From: Tubulanus polymorphus
Taxonomy: Eukaryota > Animalia > Nemertea
Direction: 5' to 3'
Length of the DNA: 64,000 nt
Assembly: GCF_964204645.1 (NCBI RefSeq)
Contig: NC_134026.1
Span: 24,834,150-24,898,149 of the forward strand
A program made the translations under genes and the position numbers. The notes under the pieces are model-generated. The model saw nothing but the letters and a program-made list of their open reading frames with translations. It did no database searches and was not told the origin of the DNA. Positions 39,635 through 52,482 of this stretch are shown here, piece after piece (within the stretch, counting starts at the first letter, position 1; each line of letters starts with the position of its first letter).

Positions 39635-42600
39635 TTATAAGTAGTGCGTCACTGTCTCTAAAAAAAATTGTTCAAACGTGATGATCAGAGAAAGGGAAAT
39701 ATGTTTTGTTAAATAAATATCTTTGAAATATGTTTTGTTCTTATGATCCATTGAAAATATTTTTAAATATGAAAAAAGAAAGTTTTGAATTAACACCTTT
39801 GTATAATTGGTTACCGCGAGTAGTACACATAATTTCTACTCCGTTACCCCATGTCCAGCTCGAACCGACTGGCACGGTGTCCTGGCTATATTCATGGGCA
39901 CGACAGTTCTCAGCTGAAAAAAAGAGAATAAAACAGTCAAATTGCTCATCATAAGATTTGTCACTATTCAGAATAAAAATGATAAGCCCACGGGTGAAAC
40001 CAATAATTCGAGTTGAGTATTCAAACGGTCAAACACATTAGGCCGGGTTTTTACTAATGAGACTAAAACCTCCATACCTTGACAAACCCCGCACATCTCT
40101 GGACAGGTATCGAACACCACTGTGATGTTGCAATTATCCGGAGTATGGGGTATACGGACATTGGAGTAATGTAGACCGCATTTGATATCTTGTGGTGTCT
40201 TACAAACCTTGGTTTTCACTGCCGCAGCTGATACTACAAACATTATATATAATTCACGATTCTTTCCTCAATGATAAACGGTTATGCAAGGATGTCTTAC
40301 CGTCATATAACAAATCATAATCGGTAACGTCTGGAAAAAAACAAGCAATTCAACATTGAATTGATACTTTCCTTTCAATATTCTCTGATCACGATTTAGG
40401 ATTAGATTTCGAGATTATTTTATCCGCTTACATTCGATCACCTTATTGCCAGTGATATCACAAACAATCGTCGCCTTCGTGACTTTGTTTCCAGAACGGC
40501 AGGTAACCTGATACTTATCTCCGATATTCACATATTCTCCATACTTGCCTCCATACTTTTGACATCGGGTCACTGATGAAATAACCAGCAGCGATTAAAG
40601 GTATTTCGAAATGTAAGTGTTTGTCATCGACTATAAACATAAACCTACTTTGGCATGAATCTTTAGAACATAAACTTCTACATCCATCCTCACATTTCAA
40701 AGTGATGCCACAGGCTGCATTCTCATCCTCGGGCTTACAGGGTTCTAATTCTATAAATGAATATATCATATATCATTTGTCGAAAATTATGAATAATTGC
40801 CCAACCTAGATGCAGTGATATCTATAAGTCACCTAGGAGCCGGTTAGAAATAAGAAACAATTTAGAAAAAAACTAATGTTCAAGCAATTTCGATGTTCGG
40901 ATTTATTCTTTAATACATATGATTACCACAAAGCCCGGACGCTTCATTGTACACAAGTGGCTTCGGACATTCTGAACCCTTCACACCAGATGGATACGGC
41001 CTGTGGATGGAGTTTCTATAATTCCCACTACGGAGAGGTGTATAAAATCACAAGAAGAAATATCAACATTGATATCCATTGAGGTTATTGTTCGGAAACT
41101 GAATTTTGATGAATTAAACAGAATAGAATAATCATCATGTCTACCTACCCAGGTCCATAGTTGCACATTAGATACGGAACTTTTCCGCAAATAGCAAAAC
41201 CACAACCAATATACTGCGTAGTCGCCCATACTAGCTGTTATTGTAAGTGTGGGAAATCATTTTTCATCATACAGTCGTAAACCAATAAAAAAAGTAAGAG
41301 TGATTTTCAATAAGAATCTATTCATTTCAATCTGAAAACTTTACCTGGGTATAATGCCCCACTTTCATAATGTCTTTGATTGTAGTAACATTGTATACGA
41401 AGTTCTTATATTCATCAAAGAAATAGGATATTGCCCGAACATTATCGTTAACGTTCCAAGCGGCGTTCTGACCAACAAACATCCACTGCTCTGAAAAATG
41501 TTCGCTCAATTCACAACTATACCATTGCGCACGTGACGGTTGAGATAAATTATGTTACAAAGTTTGCTGGAAGCAAATAACTTTTTGTACGTATCATCTG
41601 AGATTGGTGGATTCTAATTTTCCAGACTAGATTTGTAGATTTCTAGATTATCAAATCTGTTGCGTAAGGATGAGTAGGTATTTAGCATTGTTTATATACA
41701 CAAAATCTAAGTAGCACTACATAATACATAAGAAATAATAAAACTCTGTTGGAAGCAGTTTCAGGAACATGAATAAGGTAAAATATACTTGTCATCCGAG
41801 ACTTCCATGAATCATGGCGCCCTACAGGTCCGCATTCATTTGCCCAACCTTGTGCACTTGCTGCTATCTCATCGTTCCATATCTTAAACACGACCAAAAG
41901 TATGGGCAAATAAGTGAAATGAATATTGAAAATTCGTTTATTTATGTGATATTCAAAATATTGAATTGATATGCGACCTAACGCACTAATACTAATACTA
42001 ACAAGTAAAGACTAACCAATTTTAGCATTATGGAGGCTGGGACTCCTTCTCCATTTTCTCCTGTGTGATATCTCTCAACCGAGCCTCTGAGTTCGTTATG
42101 TTTATTCAAAATCAATTGCTGCTCATCGTAAGTCAAACCTATATATTGAAAAGCACTAAAACGTTAATCTATACAATTTCTTTAAGTGCGACCAGAAATC
42201 ATTTGAATAACAGCATTTACTCCATCTTTCTGGACATGTTATTTTGAATAAGATTTAATGATTGTTTGTTGTTTTGAAAAATATAGATCCCCCGCGTTCT
42301 TCGAACGCTTCACACCTTATGCATTATTTCGTATCTCAGTACTGTTTATTGGACATATTGGAAAATCAAAATGAGAAAACTATTCAAACTGAAATGAGAG
42401 ACGGCATAGAACTAATCCTCAACGAGACACTTTATAAAATATCGACATGTGGCAGAGGACCGTAGCAAGAGCCCAGTGTATACATGTTTTCCAGTGCCGT
42501 GCGAGTTTAAAGATTAAAACTACTAATAAAAATGCTCAATGCTAAAAATATTCAATTCTATCAGCAGCCTTTGCAACATATTTATTCGTTTCTAGAAAGA

Positions 42601-43202
42601 TATATTTCTATGAGATATATTAAACACTTTTGTATGGTAAAAACAATCGAATTACTGCATTTTTCGATATTGCAACCATGTGGTTTATTTTTACATGATA
42701 TAGCAATTGTTGTTTTAAAATCATGTATCGAAAATGCCATTTTGTTAAATCCGATAGAGCGAAAGTCCAAACAACTAGTCATAGCAAGAAAGTCAAGGCC
42801 AACAGTTGGATTTTAACAATCTAACAATGTCGTGGAAACTGTTACAATCAATATGTTGGTCTTGATTCTTTTTTTGCAATTTCGTTGAAATTAATGAAAT
42901 CGGTTTATTTTTATTGATACGTACCGGGCTTTTTGCGCTTATCTAACAAATGACAAGATGAATGCGTTTCGGCATAGCCTTTGGAATTGACTAGTTCTTG
43001 TGACGGGGTACAAAAGCTAGTGATGATAGAGCCCTTAAAATGATAATGATGATATACATAGTAAAAGTAAAATCATAGAATTTAGAATTATGAATTGAAC
43101 CACAGAATAGTATTTCAATTGATAATTAAAGCCGCTAGGGATTTATATATGAGTAAATATTGAATTCTGACTTACCTGAACAGTCGAAATAAGTAGTGAA
43201 TC
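39635..43202 (-). CDS. CAP/SCP (CRISP-like) secreted protein with Cys-rich, ShK-like C-terminal modules; first coding exon not located
   Basis: Spliced: GLTYDEQQLILNKHNELR...PASIMLKL|IWNDEIAASAQGWANEC...VGQN...VGHYTQ|LVWATTQYIGCG...LMCNYGPG|GN...GLC. Followed by Cys-rich exons including TCPEMCGVC. Probable stop at 39637-39635. Confidence 0.8.
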
Positions 43203-44237
43203 TAAAAATAGAATAAAATCAGAATTTTATCAAAATTCAAAATTGGATTTAGAAATTGGCAAGTATGATTCCGTTCAAGCCAAAGCTAACTTCATACCAA
43301 AATGTGTTGCATTGCGTGTGGATTAAGTTAAATGCATACTAGAAAAAACAACGTACGAACAATTAGAAGAAATATTCCATTGGCATACATGATGAAGTAA
43401 TCTTGAATCAGAATGATCCGTCCCAATCAAACGACGCCTTATACTTTAATCGCCAGCTGCTTCGCATAATATGATATCAGTATAAGTAAAACGCATGGTT
43501 CGTTTCAAATTATGAACACTGGTATACTATACTGATACTACACTTTACTTGAAACTATGGTAGTCGTTATTTCCACGATACGTACGCATTTACGTTGATA
43601 GAAAATCCAACTATAGGGAACGACCCGAGGTCTTAAAACTCAATCAATGTAAATGTCGAGATTAAAATATATTTTTCCAGTCGGCAATATCAAATCAAAT
43701 GTACATTAATATTAAAAAAAATATTCTAGTAGATGTTTCAAACGTCATACACCGTGATGCACTAGACTTCATAGTTATTCAATCTATGCTTTCGAGTTAA
43801 GTTGTATAGGCCTACGTAAAACTGTGAAATCCACTACGTGTATACTCTAAAAACCCAATAATTGCTTCATACATCAGAACACACCTCCGTGTAGAAAACT
43901 CGCAGCAATTTCATTTCGTGAATTATTTCAAAATGATTTTAAAATCCAGCCTTATTTGCTACTATAAGTATTTTGCAGTTATCAGAATGAGGTGTTGATT
44001 TCATTTGGGTCGTAGTTAATATTTTGATATAATTGATGTTGGTTTTGTTGACTGATGTAGTGTACATTGGTAATATTTGACAGCTCTAAATTGTTATTTT
44101 AAATAATTGAATATGTGAAGCAATTATCAATAGGCCGAAACATTATACATGGGGTGTTCATAAGTGCTGCGTCGGCTGTAACTTTGACTCGCAACTATGT
44201 AAATGTTCATGACCACAGCATCCACTCATTTGCGAAA

Positions 44238-46048
44238 ATGGATATAGATTCGGAAGACGAAGCCAAAAAACAATCACCGTCGCCTTCCAGAAGAAGAGTA
44301 AGCGGTCAAGAAAGAATTCGTTTGAATGTAGGAGGAACGACGTTTCAGGCCTTACGATCAACTTTGACGCGACATCCAAACACGGTTTTATCAGAACTAA
44401 ATGAACACGATCAGAGTTACGATTCAACAATTGGAGAATACTTTTTCGACAGAAATCCGCTGATATTCTCGTCAGTTTTAGAATATTACAGGACCGGTGA
44501 ATTGCACATACCGTCAAATCTATGTGGACCAGCTGTCCATATTGAATTGGAATTTTGGGGAATGAAGTTTGATGATGTGGCTCCTTGCTGCCAGACCAAC
44601 GTTCTCCGTTACGACGTAGAAGTCCGGAAAAGGGAAGAGCTTCTGCGCGAGTTCGACGGCTTACAAGATGTTGATGAAGTATTTTCAAATCGCGTTACTG
44701 AAAATGGTATTCGATATTGGCGATGGCGTTTGTGGTTAATTCTAGAACATCCAAGGTCTTCAATCGCAGCGAAAGTAAGTATAAGATATTAGAATACTTT
44801 ATTCTCACTAATATAACACATACATATAAAGAAATACAATAGCAATGGTAATGGTAATATAGCAGTAGTAAGTTAGTACGATGATGATAATGATAATAAT
44901 AACAATATCTATAATGAAGATAAAAATAGTGATAGTAGTAATGATAATAATTCGTATATATACAAATTTGGCTTTCAGAGAAATAACAAGTCGGTTGTTA
45001 AATGAAATTAAGTTTTAATTTTTCCATATAGGTATGGTCGGTATTCTATGGTTTGATAGTGTTAATGTCGATCATCATGTTGCTATTTCATTCGAATGAG
45101 AATATGAGAATATTGTTGCCAAACTATATTAACATGAGCGATGAGATTGATAATTACAAAAACAAGTTACGATATTCAAGCCAAATACCGTGGATCCTAT
45201 ACACAGACGTTGTGATAATGGCTATCAGTACCCTGGAAATTCTCACTCGCATTTTGGTCTCACCAAATAGGAAGAGAATTCTGACGTCGATTCTAGGCCT
45301 GGCGCACATAATTTGCGTCATAACGTTCTGGTTTCTAGCCGTTGTGCGCATGTTACCAACCCTTAGGAGAATGCGCGAGAGAGATGACACTGTGTTCACC
45401 GTCATAACTGTTTTGTGGGCGTTTCAAGCACTGCGAATTCTTCGCATATTCGAATTGTCTCGACAGTTTCTAGGATTGAATGTCTTGCTTTTAGCTCTGA
45501 AACGCAGCAAGCGTGAGCTGTTTCTGTTGGTATTATTCATATGTTTAGGAGCGATCACGTTTTCATTCGTCGTGTTCTATCTGGAATTGTCGGCAGCCAA
45601 TGACGAAGGCAAGAAAAGTCAAATAACTACAGTTCCCACCGCTTTGTACTGGGCTGTTATCACGATGACTACCGTGGGATATGGTGATGTGGTACCAATA
45701 ACAGCACCGTCTAAAACATGTGCCGTCCTCTGTAGCGTCACGGGCATGGTGCTGACCAGTCTCGCAATTCCCATTATCAGTAACAAATTTTACCTATACT
45801 ACAACTTCGTACAAGCTCCAGATATACAAGAATATATAAAAACGTTGAACAAAACGTGGCACGTCAGGATGGATCAAATCCGAAACGCTAGACACCACCG
45901 ATATTGGGCCAAATCGATGAAGTTTCCACGTTTTAATTACGTAAATTCACACACCCTGAAAACACCGAGGGAGCCGCAACAACGGAGAGCCTCGGTAGTT
46001 GATAGTCACGTTGAAGAAAATCCATACGCTAACAATCATAAATATTAA
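44238..46048 (+). CDS. Voltage-gated K+ channel subunit, divergent Shaw/Kv3-like, 2 exons (44238-44774, 45032-46048)
   Basis: T1 domain (IRLNVGG, EYFFDRNP, YYRTGELH, HX5CX20CC zinc motif), six TM segments, pore LYWAVITMTTVGYGD. Confidence 0.9.
44845..44950. repeat. Degenerate (AAT/GAT/AGT)n low-complexity tract in the Kv intron
   Basis: gatgatgataatgataataataacaat...agtgatagtagtaatgataataat. Confidence 0.7.
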
Positions 46049-47240
46049 AGTTTTTCGATAGTAATTTCAGTAATTAGTCATTTTGAAAAGCATATCCAAT
46101 TGTTAATTGGTAGTAAAATAAATTTGGTCTCTTTAAGAGATGATATACTTGAGAGAAATCTACTGAAATAACAACTCTTTCAAAAGGTTTCCACAAGCGC
46201 CGTGCATAAATATTATAATACTCATCGTCTTTTTGCATTTCTATATATATGGTGTTGTTCACTCCGGTTGAAATTTTTGTAAATTTGTTCAATATTAGAT
46301 TTACGTCATGCCTCGGTGAACAACTTAATAATAGCAACCCATTATATCAGCCGGTGTCGAAACAGGTTAGACGATATCGGTTTTTGAATAGCACTTACAC
46401 CATGTTAATTTGTGTTGCTTCTCTGCCTATTACCAAATGATAAATTATGGATACAACTGTACTTAGCAAAATATATCGTTTCCATGTAAATAGCGTTTTT
46501 AGTAACTAATCACATACGAAGACTGTAACATAATGATGTTAAACATATACATATATTAGAAAAAAACGTGTCACTTAAAGTAAAGAAACGTTTATGGCAA
46601 ATGCAGGGATATCGGTTTTGAGTTACAGTACTCCATAAAGCATCGTCATAGAAAAATCACTATTTAATTTAAAATGATCAAGCAAAAAGTTCAAAGCTTA
46701 TTACAATCAAACCACATTGGTTACGTCATTGAGAATGGGAAGGTTGCCATATGCAAATATTTTTTCTTTGTGGAACTGACTGCCCTCTTCAAGAATTTAT
46801 GATAGAAGAAGAAAAATATATTTTACTTTATTATTCCATTTTTGTTCTCCTAGATTAGTCAGTTGGAAATAAAATCAACTGAAGACATTTTATGGGGCCG
46901 GGTCGAGAATCAGATACCTCGGCTCTGATCTTAAATCGAATGCGAATAATTCAATTTTAGTTTAATTGATTTTAATAATAGTTTAGTTTCAATTTTCAGA
47001 TGTTGTTATTTCATTTTTTATCATCTCATAATTATTGTGTTAAGAACAATTCCTATTGTAAGATATATTACTGCAAATAAATTCATTCGTCAAGTAAAGT
47101 TCTTAAGGCCGTTCTCTCATTGTGATGCGGAGGATGTGGGACGACTGTGGCATGTGAGTATTTCGGTAAAGAAAAGGCAGAAGGTTGCTGCACTCCAGCG
47201 CGGATATTTGACAGCCGTATTTCGACAAGTGAATTCAATT

Positions 47241-49584
47241 ATGACCTTAGATATAATTCCAAGAGAATATTGGGGCCTTGATCCCGTTTTCAGTTCGTTT
47301 GTGAAGCTGTTCATTAAAGACATCCATCGACTTGAACTGTATGCGGAAGACTGTAAGCACACTTGTGGCAGTAAATGCACTTTGACAAAAAAGCAGATAT
47401 TTTTTGTAGTTTTTAGAAAATAAGGTTTTGTATAAGGATTAGAAAAAGGGTCCCTAAGATTTAGAAGCGAGTTTGATTTAGCCTAAAATTAGGATTAATC
47501 CTCATAAATGAGGTTTAGAGTTTGGGTTAGGTTGGTTGAGGGTAGTTAATACATAGTTACCTAATTGTTGGTGGTAAGCTTTTTTTTATAATCGGATGGC
47601 TTACCGATCGTGAAACTAAACCACAGACAGATTACTTACTAGATTAAGGGCTACACAGGTTAGTCGGTTTGAATTCAGATTTTTCACTAATTTCTCTGAG
47701 CTAGGCAAAATAGTTTTTATGCCAAATCGGAAAAGCGTTACTGACCAACCCAGAATATTCATCTGCTGCAGACACAGATTGCAGTAGCATGGCTGAGATG
47801 AAAATTTGACCACCAAACTCCCTGTCTACAGATTTTACATCAAACCTACCAATTTGTGATGATGAATTATTTGATTCAGCTGACTGCACATACAGATACA
47901 AAAACCATCCACTTTACAAGGTAGATGTTCAAGGAATTGTTGCTAGACTGGTAAATAAGGAAAAGTGTTTCATTTGTGACGGTATGTATTAGGCCTATAC
48001 GTTTAATTGTTGTACTGTATAAAAGATTCGCTACAGTAACAAACTATATTTTATAGCCTGAATTCGTTTTTTTGAAGTTGATGATGGAACAGGAGTTATT
48101 CGAGTATGTTGTTGGAAATCACAATATGGAAGTTGTCAGGATGTGTGCATATACAACAGTGATAAAAAGTACATGGCTCTCTCGACTGCAATTAACCAAA
48201 CTGCCTCTCAGGATGAACCAGAGCTCGGATATTTACTACACGTTCGAGGCAATATCAAAATATACCGTGGATCCAAAGAATTATCTGCAAAATATTACAA
48301 TATCCTTATTTATCAAAAACATTCTGAAGACGGCTTAAGACCTGTGACAGGTTTATATAGGTGATGCATTAATCAATCCTGACTGAATTGAAGAAAAAAC
48401 TGATAATTTTTCCTTAATAATCGAACCAGTCATGCCTGATCCAATGGCTGAAATCAGTTACATGTGTCATCGGGTTCATCTTTATAAAACTGTGTATGAT
48501 TTACCATTTAAACTACCTAACAAAATATACCATCAAGTAATGGACAAGAAATTACATTTGGAAACTGGACAAAAATCTCAGGTGAGAGATTTTACCGGGT
48601 GTGTGGTATCAAGAAAGTTCCGTTGATGGCATGGTTAATGCATGTAAAGCGTGTTCATGCATTCATGGATTGTTATGTATTTTTCAAGATGGGTTTTGGT
48701 TTCAGAACAATATCCTCATTGAACTCAAGGAAAAAATAATGGCATACGTGAAAAAGCACCAGATTCCAATGTTAACCCTTCAAGATCTTCTTACAACAGA
48801 TGAATTGATTTCCATTGCCAAACAGAATACAACCAATTCAGAAAATGTGAGTCAAGAAACACCTGCTGATCCTGAAATGTATGCATACAAATCAAACTAT
48901 TGATTCCAAAGAATAAAATACAACTCATTTTTTGGACCTGTTTCAATATGGGAAATGTTAAAATCAATTAATCAATAGTAATAGGAAACCACAATGATGG
49001 TGAACTAAAACTCTCAGTTGACGTCATATACCAGTGCTCTGAGTCTGAAAGATCGCTCAGATTTATGTGCAATGCATTATGTATTTACAGTTTGGCAAAA
49101 GTTTGAAGGATAGATTTGAACAGGCAATGAAATCATTATTTGAAGATGGGAAAATTGTTACAGATTCTGGGAGTAATGTTTGTCAAACTTATCATGTGAG
49201 TGACCCTCTTGCATTGATGAAATCTATTAGCAATTAATATCAATTTTATTTGAATGTTTCTTTCTTTCCAGTTTGTGGGTATTGGAAAAACAATAGAGAA
49301 AGCTGTTATGGAAATGCTTTACCAGGACAGCAAGTCTGATAAATGTATGTGTCTAAATGAAAAAAATGAAATCCATTGCAAGATAATTCAGGTACTCTAA
49401 CTAATGAATTCATTTATTTTTAGTTTCAGTGGATGGCAGTCATATTCTGCGCATTGTCGATCAAATCACTTACAAAACAAGTCTTCTAGTCAACAAAGCA
49501 TCTGTTTTGAAAGCATTACAAAAACTTGAGCAGAATAGCAAAATAATCAGTGTATCCGATGTACATTATCAAATTTGTTATTAA
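47241..49584 (+). CDS. STN1: CST complex subunit STN1 (OB fold + winged helices)
   Basis: YWGLDPVFSSFVKLFIKDI, NHPLYKVDVQGIV, VDDGTGVIRVCCWK, LHVRGNIKIYRGSKEL. C-terminus LQKLEQNSKIISVSDVHYQICY*. Confidence 0.92.
48300..48426 (+). other. U12-type (minor spliceosome) AT-AC intron in STN1
   Basis: 5' site ATATCCTT at 48300, branch-site TTTTCCTTAAT at 48408-48418, terminal AC at 48425-48426. Removal gives in-frame KYY-T-VMPDP. Confidence 0.85.
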
Positions 49585-50878
49585 AAAATAAGTCTTTTCA
49601 GTGAAGATTCAGTGTTATTTTTACCCGAATATTTTTATTGAAAGATGGAAGAAAAATGGTACATGTAATAGGCAGCTATTATTGATAAGAGCGCATTATT
49701 CAAAGCCTGGCTTCTGAAAATGGAACCACTTCATGTGGATCAAGTAACAATCGAGTATTACCACAGCTGAAAAAATCGTGCGAATTACTTACCAGAATTA
49801 CCAGTAGGAATAACAACTGGCTGGATGGATTGGATTTCAATTTTTATTCTATGCGGATATAAAAATGCGCTGTATCGATTCTATTAGCATGACCAGATAT
49901 ATATGAAAAGAATAATCATACACTCCAAATTACACACTGTAGCAATTAGACTGTAAATATGTCGAGATGACTGGATACTAAGTTAAGAATCGGTGACAAA
50001 GGTTTTCCAATTAGAATTTTTGGAAAATTTACCAACTTAAGCGGCAAATTACCAAGTTGACCAGTACCAAAAAGACATAGTCTTCGGTATGTACAATCAA
50101 ATCCAACAAAAGGACCAAGATGTTGTGGGTAAAGGAGACATACCAAAGAAAGAGAGGAATACACTTTAATTTCAAAGTCAATAATAACAGATTTTATTTA
50201 ATGATTAGCTATCCAGCTGAGTAAAATTCATTTCATAAAATAACATAACTTTTGATTGGTTGAATATAAATACTTATGTTAACAAAGCACTGTATACATG
50301 CAAGCAAAAAGTTGCAAGGTGTATGATTTGATTCACTGGCCTTAAAGCTTAAATCGTTTTCTGTAATAGGAAATGCTTTACATAAATCTCAACCCCAAAA
50401 ATAAGGGATGTTTATTTTTTACCCATATTTGATAACAATTCAAAAATTTACATGTAAAGGACGCGAAATGGCAAGAGAAATCTAGAGTTAGGACAACTAT
50501 TTACAAATGTATGTACATTGTTGATATGTGCTTTTTTAAATTACGCTTGCACCAAGAATGAACTTTTTACCACTATATTTCTTACCGAAAGAATATAATG
50601 GAAGGACTGGCTTCTGTTATTATAAAATCGAAGAAATGCCTATGAGAGACAATAGACATATAGCTTGATGAAGATTGTGAAAACTACAGATGTACATAGA
50701 CTTTATGAAAAGGGCGCATAGCACAGCGATTGAGTCAGATGTATTACCGGTAAGTAAATGCATACATTTTAGAAATGTAGAATTTTGCAGCAGCCTAAAC
50801 AAAAAGCAAGATTTTTGGAAGAAAACTCTAGATTAAATACTGTGAAGTAGGATAGGTGGGTGGCATGTTTGATCTAAC

Positions 50879-51718
50879 TCATACATCGGCTTCATTGAGG
50901 TTACCCGAATATGGAGTGACCTCAGCTATGACATCAATCTTTCTCACAGGCACCACAGGCTTATTTGTTTTTTCGAATTCAATTTTATGCTTTTTCAACA
51001 AGGCTTGTAAAACTTCGATTTCTTTTTCTTGAGCCGTACAGTACTCGCGATATTTATTCAGTTCTTGTTCAACCGCTTCGCGTATCCTTCTTTCTTTATG
51101 AATTTTCTTGTCAGCTTGGACCTTAACTGACATGATGATCCCTGAAATGACAAAAACAGAAAAATTTATTCAAAGTGTTAATAGGATTTTCTGTCTGAAA
51201 ATACCAGTACCAGTATATTTACCATTAAGGATTCTTGCCACTCTCCAAAGTCGTAAAAGAATAATCAATCCAATTGCTTCGGTTATACCTTCCTTTTTGA
51301 TGAACACTATGTCCAATACAAACGAGACAATAACGATGATACCATCAAATACTTCAAGCTTTTGTTTGAAGAATTCAAGTCTAAATGCATAGACTTTTAC
51401 GAGGAGTTCAATCATAAAGATGCTCAGGATGGCAATGCTCATGTAATGCAACACGTGAGGGACATCGCTGTGACCGTTCAAAGCGAATACTTCCAGTTCA
51501 ATCAACAATTCTCCAATAACCAATAAACAATCAATAATGACGAGAACGACGACACCGATTTGAAATTTGTTAGTATGCAGCACATGCTGAAGTTTCGATC
51601 GACAAGTGACCGGTTCTTTGGTCTCATCTGAATCTGACGTCACTGAACTGCTAGTCTCCTCTTTTTCGATAACACGTTCAAGATCATCGCTCAGTTTCTT
51701 AAACCCGTCCATCCCCAT
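50879..51718 (-). CDS. HVCN1: Voltage-gated proton channel Hv1, 2 coding exons
   Basis: Voltage-sensor-only protein. S1 Asp (VIIDCLLVIGELLIEL), S4 RLWRVARILNG, C-terminal coiled coil, no pore domain. Confidence 0.93.
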
Positions 51719-52482
51719 GATGACAACAAACGCTGAAATTAGTAATTTGTATCAAGTTTAGACTTTAGTAGAGGAAAAATATACGAGGAAAAAGATCATC
51801 AACAACAAACCATCATGATGATAATATACGATGACTAAGCCTAGTTCTTTAATACAAATATAAGACCAGAGATATTGTAATATCAATACCTGCAGTAACC
51901 GTCACTGACACATTGAAATACTAGAAGCAAAGAGGATTTTTGTTAGTTTATTTCACGACTAAAATAGCTTGAATTGAATTTGTGGGTGTTTGGTAGAAGT
52001 ATATAACAAGTATGCGGACTTAGTTCGTGGCTTGTCTTGTAAAAGCCGTAACTGGACTTAGTGCCAAATGATTGGCGTACCGGTACGTAGTTAGATTAGA
52101 TTAAAAGCAGAACGTACAGCTGTCTCTGTAGGGCCATGGCCTTCTTTGATCGTAAATAAGGATATAGATGATTGACCCAATCTCCAGTAACCAGTGTCAA
52201 ATAGATTTTTAGAAATGGAAATAATAGTCAACTATGAAACAGGCCGGAAACATTTTTAAGCAAATAATGAGTTTATTACAATTTACAAATTTTGACTTGC
52301 ACAAACAACATACAGGTTATACACCAAAAGTATATTTCATGAAATGCACGATATTCAGTAATATGAATAATATTTTATTTGACAGTAGTTCACTTTTTTC
52401 ATGATTAATCAGTGGAATTTGTGGCTCCAAATACATGACTATTAGTGATAAGTCCCTCAGTAACTAACCAAGACTTTTTACT

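Noticed and set aside
42200-43500. Candidate first coding exon and ATG for the CAP gene
   Set aside because: The ATGs examined hit stops or gave the wrong splice phase, so the start was left unresolved.
44158-44688. 176-aa antisense ORF over Kv exon 1, and similar antisense ORFs across the window
   Set aside because: No recognisable motifs. Expected opposite real coding exons.
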